The notes under the pieces are model-generated. The model ran no database searches. It saw nothing but the letters and a program-made list of their open reading frames with translations, and was not told the origin of the DNA. From positions 1 to 64,000 of the IMG/VR virus record IMGVR_UViG_3300036985_010228: a stretch of 64,000 bases of DNA. One strand, given 5' to 3'. The DNA comes from a virus. How positions within the stretch are numbered: position 1 is the first letter of the stretch; each line of letters opens with the position of its first letter. Below are positions 1-11,000 of the stretch, piece by piece. The position numbers were made by a program, and so were the translations under genes.

Positions 1-135
1 GACTGCATGGATTGCTGGATTGGCTTGCACTGTGCGGGCGGGAGCCCGGCCTGTGAAAGCGAACGCGGCACTCAAGCTCACGCCGAATACGAGGAGGGCG
101 CTGAGTACGAGCGCAGTCAGTTCTTTGGACTTCAT
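1..135 (-). CDS. Secreted or membrane protein, N-terminal fragment (continues beyond the window edge)
   Basis: Own translation from ATG at 135: MKSKELTALVLSALLVFGVSLSAAFAFTGRAPART..., a basic N-region, hydrophobic core and AFA signal-peptidase-like site. A GAAAGGA Shine-Dalgarno-like sequence lies just upstream on the minus strand. Confidence 0.65.
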   Translation of the reverse strand, partial: MKSKELTALVLSALLVFGVSLSAAFAFTGRAPARTVQANPAIHAV

Positions 136-284
136 CACGAGATTCCTTTCAGTAGGGGCGCGCTCGAACGTGTAGCTTGCGCGCCTTGAGCCGTCTTCTT
201 GCCTGGTGCTGCCTCCTAGATTGGGGGTGTTAGATTGCAGACGAAATATGGGCCTATCGCCGCGTTATTCGCCTATAGCTGAAA

Positions 285-959
285 TCATGGGGCTTTGACG
301 ACCACGACCACTCGGTCCGGTGGGCTCACAATCCACGGGGCACAGGAGTGGTGGACCCAACCCACGTTCCCGCCGCCCCAGAGGACTTCTTCGGGGTGCT
401 CGTGCTCCACCACGTTCTCCCTACAGAAGACGCACCCTGGTCCGGGGTACTTCTGAGGGTAGAAGTGGCGGTCCTCCCCTCTACCACCCAGCCATTCTGT
501 GACCCTCTGGTAGAAGTCGAAGCAGAAGTCGGGCCTCTGGGTACTCACGCTCGGGTCGAAGAGCGGCGACATGGGGAATTTCTTCCCCGCCATTGTCCGC
601 CCAATGCGAGGGTCAACCTCGTAGAAGGTGGGGGCAAATCGCCTAGCGAGGTCCGAGAACACCGAGAGTGCAAACCGCTCGGCTTGTGTGCTGTCGGCTG
701 CCAGGGACCCGAACTTGTGGCCGGAGATCTGGTGCCGCTGTGCCCAGACCAAGTCGCGCTTCCACGTCCAACCCTCCGGGAGGTTCTCGCGAAGGACCAA
801 GACCTCAAGGGTCAGGTTGATCGCGTTGGAGATCCCCTCCCTTTCGGTCTTGTACTTGATCGAAAGCCACGGGACCTGCTCGGGTCGAACCTCACCAAGG
901 ACGTGCTCCTGGATCAGCCCGTGCGAATTGTTGAGCACCTCGGTGACGCTGGACATCAT
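285..959 (-). CDS. Hypothetical protein with C-terminal Cys/His cluster (CVFC...HHSC)
   Basis: 224-aa ORF, co-oriented with and just downstream of the HNH gene; no family recognised. Confidence 0.6.
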   Translation of the reverse strand: MMSSVTEVLNNSHGLIQEHVLGEVRPEQVPWLSIKYKTEREGISNAINLTLEVLVLRENLPEGWTWKRDLVWAQRHQISGHKFGSLAADSTQAERFALSVFSDLARRFAPTFYEVDPRIGRTMAGKKFPMSPLFDPSVSTQRPDFCFDFYQRVTEWLGGRGEDRHFYPQKYPGPGCVFCRENVVEHEHPEEVLWGGGNVGWVHHSCAPWIVSPPDRVVVVVKAP

Positions 960-968
960 CCCCGTGGC

Positions 969-1439
969 TCACTCTTCCGCTGACTTCAACCTGAACTCAG
1001 CCGGGAGAGTCTCCAACCACGCTAGATTGAGCTTCCAGGGGGAGCGGCTCCTCATGTTCCACTGGCGCATGGCCTGCTCGACGTGAGCCTCGACCTGGTC
1101 AGGCGTCCACTGGTTGACCTTGCCCAGGTGCATGAGGGCCAGGTGGCCACGCCCGACCGAGAGCGCCCGACCAATATGCCGAACCTCGTGACACGAGGGG
1201 CACAGGGCCTCCAGACCGACGAGCTTTTGAACGTGCCGGGAGTCGTTGTATTCCCACCGCTCGTGGGCTTCGACCGGGTGCTTGCGGCCCTTCCCCCCGC
1301 AGATCTCGCAGACGAAGCCAGCCCTCGCGTACACGCTCTGCCGGAGGTCGTCCCACCCCTTCTTGGACAGCAGGGAGCGGAGATTCCACCCCCAAGTGGA
1401 AGCCGGGACCAGTTCTGCGACGAGACGGGGTTCGCTCAC
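969..1439 (-). CDS. HNH-type (His-Me finger) endonuclease-like protein
   Basis: CEICG...EAHERWEY...LEALCPSCHEVRH motif. GTG start at 1439; the rest of the 758-aa track ORF is antisense shadow of the next gene. Confidence 0.75.
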   Translation of the reverse strand: MSEPRLVAELVPASTWGWNLRSLLSKKGWDDLRQSVYARAGFVCEICGGKGRKHPVEAHERWEYNDSRHVQKLVGLEALCPSCHEVRHIGRALSVGRGHLALMHLGKVNQWTPDQVEAHVEQAMRQWNMRSRSPWKLNLAWLETLPAEFRLKSAEE

Positions 1440-1541
1440 GAAAGACCTTACGCGCCTCCCCGCAAGAGCGGACCCGCCAGGTCCCCCGGTTGCCAAGCTA
1501 TCAGAGCCCCATGTCGAACCCGTCTCCCCCGCTGAAAGAAC

Positions 1542-4500
1542 ATGACCGACACTCTCGACAAGCTCAAGAAGGCATTCGAGCAGGCGATCAGCACAGCCAC
1601 TGCGGTCCAGCCGTGGAACGAGCCGCTGACCCGTCGAGACGCCGTGCAGCCTGGGCAGGTTCTCACGACCCCCCTCGTTCAGGGTGGCCTCGGCTCGTGG
1701 ACGGGCTCCTCCGGGTTCCCCTACACGGGGACGACGGTCGCGGGCGTGCAGACCGGGGCTCAGCCTCCGGCCCGCAACTCGTTCGAGTTGGGTCTGGGTC
1801 TGCCTGGCGTTCCCGACGTGGACTTCGTCCCCTACGCGGCAGGTACCAACCGCTTCGGGGGCAAGGGTCCAGCACTCATCGGCCACCCAATCTCCTGGGA
1901 GGTCGTCGGCCCGACCCTGAAGTCGCCCTACTGCGACTGGCAGTGGCACGTTGACACGACCGGCCTGACCAACGACGTACTGACCCTGGAGGCGGGGCCG
2001 TACCCCATGCCCACGGGCGGCCTCCCCTCGAACATTTCGCCCCAAGCCTACGGCCCCAATCTCGCTGGGTTCGACGCTGTGGGCGGCCTCTACGTCCTGT
2101 TCACGTTCACGGGCGAGGGCTTCACGGGTTCTCTGGCAGGGGGGCGGACGCCCCTCACACCGGCCCCCAAGAGCTACCGGGCGTCCTTCGAGCTTTTCCG
2201 CGTCCTCAGTATCGACGCCCCGGCCCTCTCGATCGTGCTTCGTGGGGAGAAGCGGGTCGCCAGCGTGTTCCCCTTCGGTGGAGACGGCTGCCGGGCGATC
2301 ACGCTCGTTCGACCGAAGGTCACACGCCTCGCGGCGTTCCCTGTCCCCGTCGTCGGGCAGGTTCAGTCGAACCGGACGTTCGTGTTCCTTCCGCCGGAGA
2401 CGGCGGCCACGTCCGAGTTCATGCCGCCGAACAAGACGGCAGGGCTGGGGACATGGAGTACAGGCGGGTTCGACGTTGCGGGGACGATCCCTGGAGGCAA
2501 CACCAGCTACTACGGGAACCCCGCCAAGCTCCCGATCCCCCGGCCTGTGGCTCGGGTGGACGCAGAGATCCCGCTCGCACTCGTTCCCCCGCTCCGCGCA
2601 GACGAGTGGCAGATCAGCGTCCCGGTCGGAAGCGGCGAACTGAAGGTCGGTCGGATCGTTCGTATCTCGAACCTCACCGACAGCATTCCGTCCCAGGTCA
2701 GCCCGAACGCGAAGCACGCCTACGGCTACTTCGAGATCCGCTCGATCACTGTCGGGCCGCCCGACATTCTTTTCCTCGGGCGTGTGACGGAGGCGAACCC
2801 GGACACGGGCGAGGTCTTCTACGGTAACGGGCCGTTCGCTGTGACGGCTCCCGTTCCGGTCAGCTTGGAGGTCTACGAGAACGTCTCCACGATCTTCAGC
2901 GGCACCATGCTGAACCTGGAGAAGCTCGCGTCGGCGAGGCTCGTGAACCTGATCGACCCACGCACGGTCGGTCCCTCGATCACGCGCCGCGACACTGACG
3001 GGAGCCCAGTTCCGGCCTCGAAGCCGGACAGGGCGATCTTCAACACTCGTCTCGGGGAAGACCCAGGCAACCTCCTCGACCTCGGGTTCAGGACGGTCCT
3101 CTTCCCGGCGAAGGTCGTGGGCGGGAACGCGGTCCCCGACTTCGACAAGCCGATCGACTCGAACGAAGCCATGCTCGACCCCTCGGTGAGCGAGCGCCAG
3201 TACGTCGAGATCGACTACTCGGCGGGCGTCGCTTACCTGTCTCACACCCCTGCCGCTGGCAATCCAGCGTGCGAGGTTGCGCCCTCGCTCGCCCCGTTTG
3301 CGGCTGCAAACAACCCTCGGCAGGAGGTCGTCCTCTTCGCGGCGTGCGTGCCGTACTCAATGGAGGAGGGGCAGTCAGGGTCGGGCTTCAGGATCACCGG
3401 GTCGAGCCCTGACTCGATCGACGGCGGCCTCGGGGCAAACGACCTCGCGGACGTGTTCGGGCGTCGGATCATTGCGGAGCCCTACGGGGCTCTTCAGACG
3501 CTCGACCCGAGCACCGCTGCTCCGATCACGACGACGCTTTCGAGCCTCGGAGACATTCCGCCCTCGGGGTTCTTCTTCGTCGGCTACGCGCTGCCTGGGA
3601 CGATCTTCCCGACCCAGTACGGCCCCTACTACTACCAGTACACCGACGCTCCTCTGGGTCGAGTCCGCCTGAACGGGATCACCGGACCTGCGGGTGCAGT
3701 GCCGCTCGATCCAACCCTGCCGGACGGCTCCAAGATCGTCCTCCAGCGGTCGCTGCGGTCCTTCGCTCCGACGAACGCTTCTGCCGACACAGTTCGCGGG
3801 TCGTCCAAGAGGGTCAACACCCTCGCGTTCAAGAACGCGGACCTCAGCTTCGGGGCTGACGGCTCAGTCACGATCGAGCCTCGGGTCGTTGGGTTTGGAC
3901 TCGACGACGCCTACAGGCAGGGGCTCGCGGCTACGCCCGGTGTCGGGCGTGTCGTCGTCTCTGACGGCGGTCCAGTCGAGCTTCGTCCGGCAGGCTCCTC
4001 TGCCAACCCGATCTCGGACCTCCTGTTCCTTCCGGCTCAGGTTCGGTCCCGCTACGACCTCGGTGTGGACGGGACCGGCGACAAGGCCGGGTTCGACTTC
4101 CTTGGCCGTCGCTCGAACGTCTCGGCTGCCCCCTACGGTGGGATCGACAACTTCGCCGGGTTCATGGACCGGCGTGTGTTCGCTCCGCAGACCCTGCTCG
4201 GGTACACGATCCTCGGCGACCTGGCGAGTGGTGACCCGCACTTCAACGTGAGCGTCGTTGCTGCTGACCAGATCCACCTCACCACGGCGGGCAACCAGTT
4301 CCACGACGGCGGTGCAACCAATCGGACGCTCCTCGTCAACGACCTGGACTTGGTCCACCTGGACGGGCTCGGGGTCTACGTCTTCCACCAGGCAGTGGGT
4401 GGGTCCCCCGGCGACTACCTGATCCGCAATCTGGACGGGAGCGTTCCCGCTCTGGCCTTCCCAACCCCGGCGAAGGGCTGCCTGGCGTACCGCCCCCGGT

Positions 4501-5966
4501 TCGCCACGGGACGCAGCTTCGACGGTGGTGCAGTCCTCCCGGTCATGGGCGGGACGTGGATCACGTCACAGGGCGAGAAGCCCGCCCTTCGGCTCTACGC
4601 TGGCTCTGGCACCGTGTTCGGCGGCCCAGACGAAGGCGGGTCCACCGAGAGCCTGGAGTTCTGGTACAGGAGCCAGGACAAGACGCCCCGCTCGGACAAC
4701 TCGTTCGACACCTACGGACGGCTCCTCGGTGGGAGTGTGATCCTGAGCGCAGCCGACCTGTCGCTGCGCGGCCCCTACCTGACCCGCTCTCGGCAGGTCA
4801 GCAACCTCGGAGGCAATGCCTTCGCGTTGGGGCACGTCTTCGAGACCAGCACGATTGGGGTGTTGGCCCCAGACAGGTCCTTCGACTTCCTGTCGCTGCA
4901 CGCGAACTCAATGGGGACGCTGGTCGGGGCCTTCAACTACACGGTGATCGCTGCCGACACCGTTCGGTTGGCGACTGCCTCTCCTGGCTTCACGCACCGC
5001 AGGCTCTCGCTCAGTGGTGGCACCTTCGTAGACCTCACGTCCTACACGGGGGCCGGGGACCACATTGGCCTCTACCGCGTCATTGGGACAACCAATCCCG
5101 GCGGCGCAGGAACGGCTGACCTTCAGCTTCTTCGGCTGGACAACACGGTTCCGGCTCTGGACTTCGCGGGTCCCGCAACGGGCAGCAGCCAGGTCTTCAC
5201 GGCGGCCTACACCGGACTTGGGTTCGACAGCTACTACGACTTCGCGGGCGTTCTCCAGACGCACCAGCCCACCACAATGGTGGGCGTCGGAGAGGTCAAC
5301 ACCTCGGTCGGTCTCCACGTCTCTGGACCCGACCCGGTGATCGTCACTGGGGGCAAGGCGATCCGCGTTACCTCCCTGAACGGACTTGCCAATCAGGCGG
5401 ACGAGCGGTTCTCTGTTGGGCTCGACGGCACGACGACCGGATACGACTTCGGTTACGGGCAGTACAAGCTCAAGAACGTCGTCATTCCCATGTCCGAAGG
5501 CACTCCCGTCCTCAACGCGGGCGTCGCCGAGTGGGACCTCCAATACCTCGGGGGTGTCACTCAGTGGTACTCCCTTGCTAGCAGGAGTGAGGTCTTCTTC
5601 CCGCTCCACATTCCGAACGACTGTTCAATCGTGAACGTCCTCGTCGTCGTGACGCCGAAGAATGCAGTCCCTCTTGCTGTGAACCGTGTCCAAGCGCGTC
5701 TCCTGACGCTTGACCACGACTTCACGACCCCTGCGGTTCCGACCGCAACGATCATTGGCGAAGCCGCCGACGACGGGACTATCAACACTCAGGTGTTGGA
5801 CCTCCGAAATGCCCCCGGCCTCGGCTTCGGTGTGGACCAGGTGGTTGGCTACACCTCAGGCACGAAGGAGTGGGTCCTTCGGGTCATTTCTGGGAATGCT
5901 GGTCTGGGGGATCTCCTCTACTCGATCCAGGTCCAACTGAAGATCAACAGGCCCGCTCCCCTCTGA
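1542..5966 (+). CDS. Very large putative virion structural protein (1474 aa)
   Basis: Long ORF with phage-like codon usage, rich in Gly/Pro/Thr and beta-strand character. Its C-terminal domain (FFPLHIPNDCSIVNV...YSIQVQL) resembles the C-terminus of the 34187..35605 fibre. Confidence 0.75.
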   Translation: MTDTLDKLKKAFEQAISTATAVQPWNEPLTRRDAVQPGQVLTTPLVQGGLGSWTGSSGFPYTGTTVAGVQTGAQPPARNSFELGLGLPGVPDVDFVPYAAGTNRFGGKGPALIGHPISWEVVGPTLKSPYCDWQWHVDTTGLTNDVLTLEAGPYPMPTGGLPSNISPQAYGPNLAGFDAVGGLYVLFTFTGEGFTGSLAGGRTPLTPAPKSYRASFELFRVLSIDAPALSIVLRGEKRVASVFPFGGDGCRAITLVRPKVTRLAAFPVPVVGQVQSNRTFVFLPPETAATSEFMPPNKTAGLGTWSTGGFDVAGTIPGGNTSYYGNPAKLPIPRPVARVDAEIPLALVPPLRADEWQISVPVGSGELKVGRIVRISNLTDSIPSQVSPNAKHAYGYFEIRSITVGPPDILFLGRVTEANPDTGEVFYGNGPFAVTAPVPVSLEVYENVSTIFSGTMLNLEKLASARLVNLIDPRTVGPSITRRDTDGSPVPASKPDRAIFNTRLGEDPGNLLDLGFRTVLFPAKVVGGNAVPDFDKPIDSNEAMLDPSVSERQYVEIDYSAGVAYLSHTPAAGNPACEVAPSLAPFAAANNPRQEVVLFAACVPYSMEEGQSGSGFRITGSSPDSIDGGLGANDLADVFGRRIIAEPYGALQTLDPSTAAPITTTLSSLGDIPPSGFFFVGYALPGTIFPTQYGPYYYQYTDAPLGRVRLNGITGPAGAVPLDPTLPDGSKIVLQRSLRSFAPTNASADTVRGSSKRVNTLAFKNADLSFGADGSVTIEPRVVGFGLDDAYRQGLAATPGVGRVVVSDGGPVELRPAGSSANPISDLLFLPAQVRSRYDLGVDGTGDKAGFDFLGRRSNVSAAPYGGIDNFAGFMDRRVFAPQTLLGYTILGDLASGDPHFNVSVVAADQIHLTTAGNQFHDGGATNRTLLVNDLDLVHLDGLGVYVFHQAVGGSPGDYLIRNLDGSVPALAFPTPAKGCLAYRPRFATGRSFDGGAVLPVMGGTWITSQGEKPALRLYAGSGTVFGGPDEGGSTESLEFWYRSQDKTPRSDNSFDTYGRLLGGSVILSAADLSLRGPYLTRSRQVSNLGGNAFALGHVFETSTIGVLAPDRSFDFLSLHANSMGTLVGAFNYTVIAADTVRLATASPGFTHRRLSLSGGTFVDLTSYTGAGDHIGLYRVIGTTNPGGAGTADLQLLRLDNTVPALDFAGPATGSSQVFTAAYTGLGFDSYYDFAGVLQTHQPTTMVGVGEVNTSVGLHVSGPDPVIVTGGKAIRVTSLNGLANQADERFSVGLDGTTTGYDFGYGQYKLKNVVIPMSEGTPVLNAGVAEWDLQYLGGVTQWYSLASRSEVFFPLHIPNDCSIVNVLVVVTPKNAVPLAVNRVQARLLTLDHDFTTPAVPTATIIGEAADDGTINTQVLDLRNAPGLGFGVDQVVGYTSGTKEWVLRVISGNAGLGDLLYSIQVQLKINRPAPL

Positions 5967-5973
5967 GGACAGC

Positions 5974-6729
5974 ATGACCAAGTACGGCTGGAAGCCAGAC
6001 CTCCCCGACCACCGAGACCGTGTCTACGCAGCCCCCAGGCGCGCAATCGCGGTCCTGCCCCCGAAGGTTGACCTGCGACCCCTGTGCCCGCCGGTCTATG
6101 ACCAGGGGGACCTCGGAAGCTGCACAGGCAACGCAATCGCAGCAGCGTTCGCGTTCGCGAAGAAGAAGGAGGCTCCCAAGGCTCCCTTCATGACCCCCTC
6201 CCGCCTGTTCGTCTACTACAACGAGCGGGTCATGGAGCACACGGTCTCTCAGGACGCGGGGGCTCAGATCCGCGACGGAATCAAGAGCGTCGCCAAGCAG
6301 GGCGTCTGCTCCGAGAGCACCTGGCCCTACGTCCCCAAGGACTTCAAGAAGAAGCCCCCGAAGGCGGCCTACTCGGAGGCGCTCCTGAACCAGGCGCTCA
6401 GCTACGAGCGGGTGCTGCAATCGCTCGTGCAAATGCGGGTGTGCCTGGCCTCGGGGTTCCCGTTCGTCTTCGGCTTCTCAGTCTACGAGGGGTTCGAGAG
6501 CGACGCGGTCGCCAAGACAGGGAAGCTCATGCTGCCTGGCCCGAATGAGGCGGCTCTCGGTGGTCATGCTGTGCTCTGCGTGGGGTACAACGACGCCCAG
6601 CAGAGGTTCCTCGTCCGCAACTCCTGGGGCGCGGGCTGGGCTCGGAAGGGCTACTTCACAATGCCCTACGAGTACCTCCTGACCTCGAACCTGTCCGACG
6701 ACCTCTGGACGATCCGCACTGTGGAGTGA
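5974..6729 (+). CDS. Papain-like C1 family cysteine peptidase
   Basis: Catalytic motifs DQGDLGSCTGNA (Gln/Cys), GGHAVLCVGY (His) and VRNSWG (Asn); YGWKPDLPDHRD N-terminus typical of bacterial C1 (xylellain-like) enzymes. Confidence 0.93.
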   Translation: MTKYGWKPDLPDHRDRVYAAPRRAIAVLPPKVDLRPLCPPVYDQGDLGSCTGNAIAAAFAFAKKKEAPKAPFMTPSRLFVYYNERVMEHTVSQDAGAQIRDGIKSVAKQGVCSESTWPYVPKDFKKKPPKAAYSEALLNQALSYERVLQSLVQMRVCLASGFPFVFGFSVYEGFESDAVAKTGKLMLPGPNEAALGGHAVLCVGYNDAQQRFLVRNSWGAGWARKGYFTMPYEYLLTSNLSDDLWTIRTVE

Positions 6730-6732
6730 GGC

Positions 6733-7176
6733 ATGGAACTCTGGAACCAACTGTTCTCGTCACCGACCATTCTCATTGCCGCTCTTCTGATCGGCACTCT
6801 CGGGGAGGTCGTGAAGCGCGCCGTGGACTCGAAGGAGATCGAGCAACGGATCGCCGACTTTCATGCGGACCCCAAGTCCGGTCCGCAGCCTGTTCTGTGG
6901 CAACGGGTCTTCTACTACACGCTCCCGGCCCACTCAGTCCTCATGGGGGTCGCACTCGGATTCGTGCCGTGGCTCCCCGCTGTGGCGGCTCTTGAGCGCC
7001 CAGGGTACGAACTGGCCGCCCGTCTTGGCACCTACACCATGGCAGGGATCTTCTGCAAGATCGGGTATGACCTGATCATTTCGACCGCGAAGCGCGCCCT
7101 CAAGAAGAACCTGTCGAGCAGCAGCCGCTCCACCCCGCCTCCTCCTCCTGCTCCGGCAGACGGCGGAAACGGCTGA
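6733..7176 (+). CDS. Small membrane protein, holin-like
   Basis: About three hydrophobic segments and a basic, Pro-rich C-tail; directly follows the peptidase. Confidence 0.5.
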   Translation: MELWNQLFSSPTILIAALLIGTLGEVVKRAVDSKEIEQRIADFHADPKSGPQPVLWQRVFYYTLPAHSVLMGVALGFVPWLPAVAALERPGYELAARLGTYTMAGIFCKIGYDLIISTAKRALKKNLSSSSRSTPPPPPAPADGGNG

Positions 7177-7230
7177 TGCGCCGCCCCTCGGCGGCTAGCC
7201 TATGGACTCGGGACGTAGAGTAAGCGAGCG

Positions 7231-8034
7231 ATGAGAATCTACGCGGACATTTCTCGACTTCCGAACGTCGGTCCCGAACTGGCCTCGGTGATCATTCAGG
7301 TGGCCCCTACCCCTCCGGTAGGAAGCGCACCTGTTCCGGTCAACGGGAAGTTCTACGTGGACCTGCCCGAAGGCGTTGCTCCTCCTCGGATTGACCTGGG
7401 GTCGAAGCTGCTTGGCCCTGCCCCGGCCAACGTCGTCCCAGCGATCTTCGCCGGGCTCCTCGCGAAGTACTCCAAGTACAGCTTCGTCCAATACAACGCC
7501 CTGCTCACGTCAGCCGACGTGGCGGCCCTTGACCTCGCAGCGACATTCCCGGCGAGCGCAGGTCCGCCGCCCCTCTCGTGGGCTACGCGGGCTCAGGTGG
7601 GCCGTGGGGCCGGTCCTGACGCGGGCCTGGCCCCCAACTCGGTCGCGGTCCTTCCGCAGAACAACACGACCTCCCCGGCTCGCCCTGGGCTGCTCGTCAC
7701 CGACACGATCGACATTTCGGCGGACATTCCCGCCGGGACCACCGAGTTCCTCGTCTACTGGAAGATCCACGAGTACGTCGTCACGGCGGACGTGCTCGAC
7801 TACGACAGCCCGACTCCTGGGGCGAACGAGGCTGCCCTCAAGCAACTCGTCGAGGTGGATCAGTCCCCCGTTGACTTTGCGGTCTATCTCTCGGCCAATG
7901 ACGGTGGGGGGTACTCTCCTGTGGGCCGCCTGATTCCGTGTGCGGTCTGTGACCCAGGCACGAAGATCCGACTCGCCTTCGTGAACACCTCCACCACCAA
8001 GCGTTACGTCGCGTCCTACGCGCTGCTCTACTGA
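7231..8034 (+). CDS. Putative virion structural protein
   Basis: 267 aa, preceded by the CTAT-N11-GTAG motif and lying between large structural genes. Confidence 0.6.
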   Translation: MRIYADISRLPNVGPELASVIIQVAPTPPVGSAPVPVNGKFYVDLPEGVAPPRIDLGSKLLGPAPANVVPAIFAGLLAKYSKYSFVQYNALLTSADVAALDLAATFPASAGPPPLSWATRAQVGRGAGPDAGLAPNSVAVLPQNNTTSPARPGLLVTDTIDISADIPAGTTEFLVYWKIHEYVVTADVLDYDSPTPGANEAALKQLVEVDQSPVDFAVYLSANDGGGYSPVGRLIPCAVCDPGTKIRLAFVNTSTTKRYVASYALLY

Positions 8035-8045
8035 GGCGAAGACTC

Positions 8046-11000
8046 ATGGCTGAGAATTGGGGACCAGGCGTCTCTCGAACACTCTCTGCGCTCGCACGGC
8101 AGTTCACTGCTGTCGTGTGGCAGGCTGACAAGCCGCCGCTGGACTCCGAACTCAATCTGATGAGCCAGATTGATTGGGAGAGCCTGTCGAGCGTGGTGCG
8201 TTCGCAGGTCCACTCGGGGTTCTTCCTGGACCCGACCCGCGCTCGGGAGGACTACGAGGTCGATCCCCTCTGGACCAACCAGTTCGCAATCGGCGTCCCA
8301 GCGGTGGTGAACACCGTCGAGGAGGCTGAGCCGGTCCTGATCGCAGCGGTCAACGGCTGGGTCTTCCCGATCGCGGGTACGCAGATCGATTCGGTCAAGA
8401 ACCGGATCGCCCTCTACCCTCCCCCGACGACTGATACCCGGACGGACCTCGTGTTCCTGGAGGTCTGGCGGACGATCATTGCGCCCAACCCGTCCACGGC
8501 CAACAAGCCCACGGCGGCGACGATCTGGAAGTACGGCAACGTCGAGTACGGCGGCACCAACGTCACCGACGACCTCGAAGACCCGTCGATCGGGTTCGCG
8601 ACGACCGAGCGGGTTCAGCTTCAGTACCGGATCCGAGTCGTGGGTTCGGGCGATGGCCTCGGCACGAGCGTGGACCTCGCCAACTACCCCGACGGGATCG
8701 ACGACCCACAGGTCCGGGCTCAGGGCACGGCAGCCTCTCCGGTGCCTGCATTCACGTTCTCAAATATGCGCCAGGAGCTTGGGGACCCCTCGCTGTGGCG
8801 TGCGGGCGACGGCGACTACCTGAACGCTCTCGGCACGATCGACGGCTACGTCTACGCGGTTCCGATCTGCGGGATTTTCCGCCGGAATGCAAGCCCGTTC
8901 GTTGCGGTGACAAGCTCTGGCAACCCCAATCAGAACGGCGCTACGGAGCGCACCCCTGGTTCGAGGTCACTGCCCGACCCACGCAACGGCGCACGGGCGC
9001 TCGCCCAGGCTGTTCTCGCGGCGGACGTGACCAGCACGCAGACAGGTCCGATCGTCCTCACCGACCTGGTCAACTCGGCTCTGGCTGACCCAGACCTCTT
9101 CCCGGTCGGCGTCACGACTCGGTTCCTGGTCCTCGGGTCTGGGATCGACCGAGAGATCATTGCCTTCACCGGTACGGACCTGGTCAGCACGATCTACGTC
9201 CCGACCCCGGTTCCTGGTGTGACCTCGGGGCGAGGCCGCAACGGGACCATGGCCCGCCCGCACCTCGCAGGTACGGCGGTCGTCCTCTACGACTCACGCC
9301 CGGACGGGTTCTACGCGGACCAGATCGTCCGTGACGACCTCGTGGACCTTCGGCGTGCGGTGAACTTCGGGGATTGGGACTACACCCGGATCCTCCAGCA
9401 CGCCGTCGCGTCGATCGCTCAGGGTGGCCTCAAGACCACCTTCAAGCAGGCGGGCACCGGGGCGGACACCTTCGGCGTCGTGACGACGGAGGTTTCGTAC
9501 CTCTGGGGCGTCAACACGACTCCTCCGCCGAATCACACGGAGCAGATCGACGGCCCGGACGGTATCCGGACGATCTGGTCAGACTCGGCTGCGCTTCAGC
9601 CGGACGTGACGTTCATGGTGGACCCGAACGCCCCGACGACCAATGGCTTCGCCGACACGACGTTCTCGTCGAGCGTCGTCGCAAGCTGGGCCGTGGGCGC
9701 GGACTTCCAGCCCAGCGGATTCCTGAACAACCCCACGACGGACGGCTGGACCAACGGCTCGGTGATCTTGGTCCACCTCGGAGGCTCCTCGGGCACCGAC
9801 GGGGCTCGGGCAGGGTTCCCACAGTCCCCCAATCCTCTGGCGGTCCGCCAGGTGTCCCCGGCGGAAATGTGGCTGTCGGACGGCTCAGTGAACCTGGGCG
9901 AGCAGCACCCGTGGAAGCTCCGCTTCGAGGGTGGGCCGACGGCTGCTACCCCGGTTCTTCCGGCTACGACCCCGGTCGCCAATGCGTTCAGCGCAGCACG
10001 GATCACCAGCCCCGCCGTGACAGGTGAGCCCCTGGTCGAGCACCCCGGCCCAATGTACCCGCTGCGAGAGCAGAACTTCGAGCGGCCTTTCATTGTCCTC
10101 GGGGGCGTCCTCAATCAGGCGCTCGCCTACACGGCGATCCCCTCCACCTCGACGAACTTCGTCAACCCGATCAGCCCCGACACCCGGTATCAGATCCGGG
10201 TCCCCGGCCTGAACTTCAACACGTTCACCCTGCCGCTTCTTCGTGGTGAGAAGACGCTGCGGGAAATGCTCACGGACGGGAACCGCGACCGCACGGGCGC
10301 TTCGTCCCAGGTCTACGTCGTCGTCTACGGGAACGCCCTCTCCAAGGACAACAACGGAGCCTTCAAGGTCGTCGGAGCCGGTACAGCCGCAGCCTCGGGC
10401 GGGGCGTACACGGACCTGCTCGCCGACGCCGCAGACCAAATGGTCGTGCTGCCCCTCTCGGCGGACTTCGCGGCCTTCACTCACGACCCCACTCAGACGG
10501 TCGTCCTGGAGTTCCGCTCCCAGACGATCAACGCTGAGGACGACAAGGGGCGCGTCAGCGGTCCTGCGGGCGTCGCGCTCGTGTTCACGGACCTGGCAAG
10601 CACCGTGGGTGGCAGTGGCAGCCCCTGGAACGCGGCGAACACCGGCACGTTGGCGGTTCAGCAGACGGGCCTCCCGGCGAAGCTCATTCCGGTCAACAGC
10701 AAGGCTGTGATCACCTCGACGCTCCTGTGGAGCCCGAACCGTGGTGCCAGCACACGGGTGCCGAGCAAAATGGTCCGGTTCTCGGCGAGGGCTTCCGCTG
10801 CGACGTTCCTCAGGAACGTGCCCTCGGTGATCGACCCTGAGTTCTCGACACTCGCCCCGTACCCGGCTGGGGAGCGCGAGTACGACGGCACCCACGTCCA
10901 GTTGTGGAACCGTCTCCCCTCGCTCGGGGAGTTCGCGCCGAACGCGCCGTCCTACGGTGGGCTCGTCGTGGGTCGCTCGGAGCAGGACCGGGAGCATGAA

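Noticed and set aside
1440-3245. 758-aa minus-strand ORF 969..3245
   Set aside because: Only the last 156 aa (HNH) look real; the rest is antisense shadow of the 1474-aa gene caused by high GC3.
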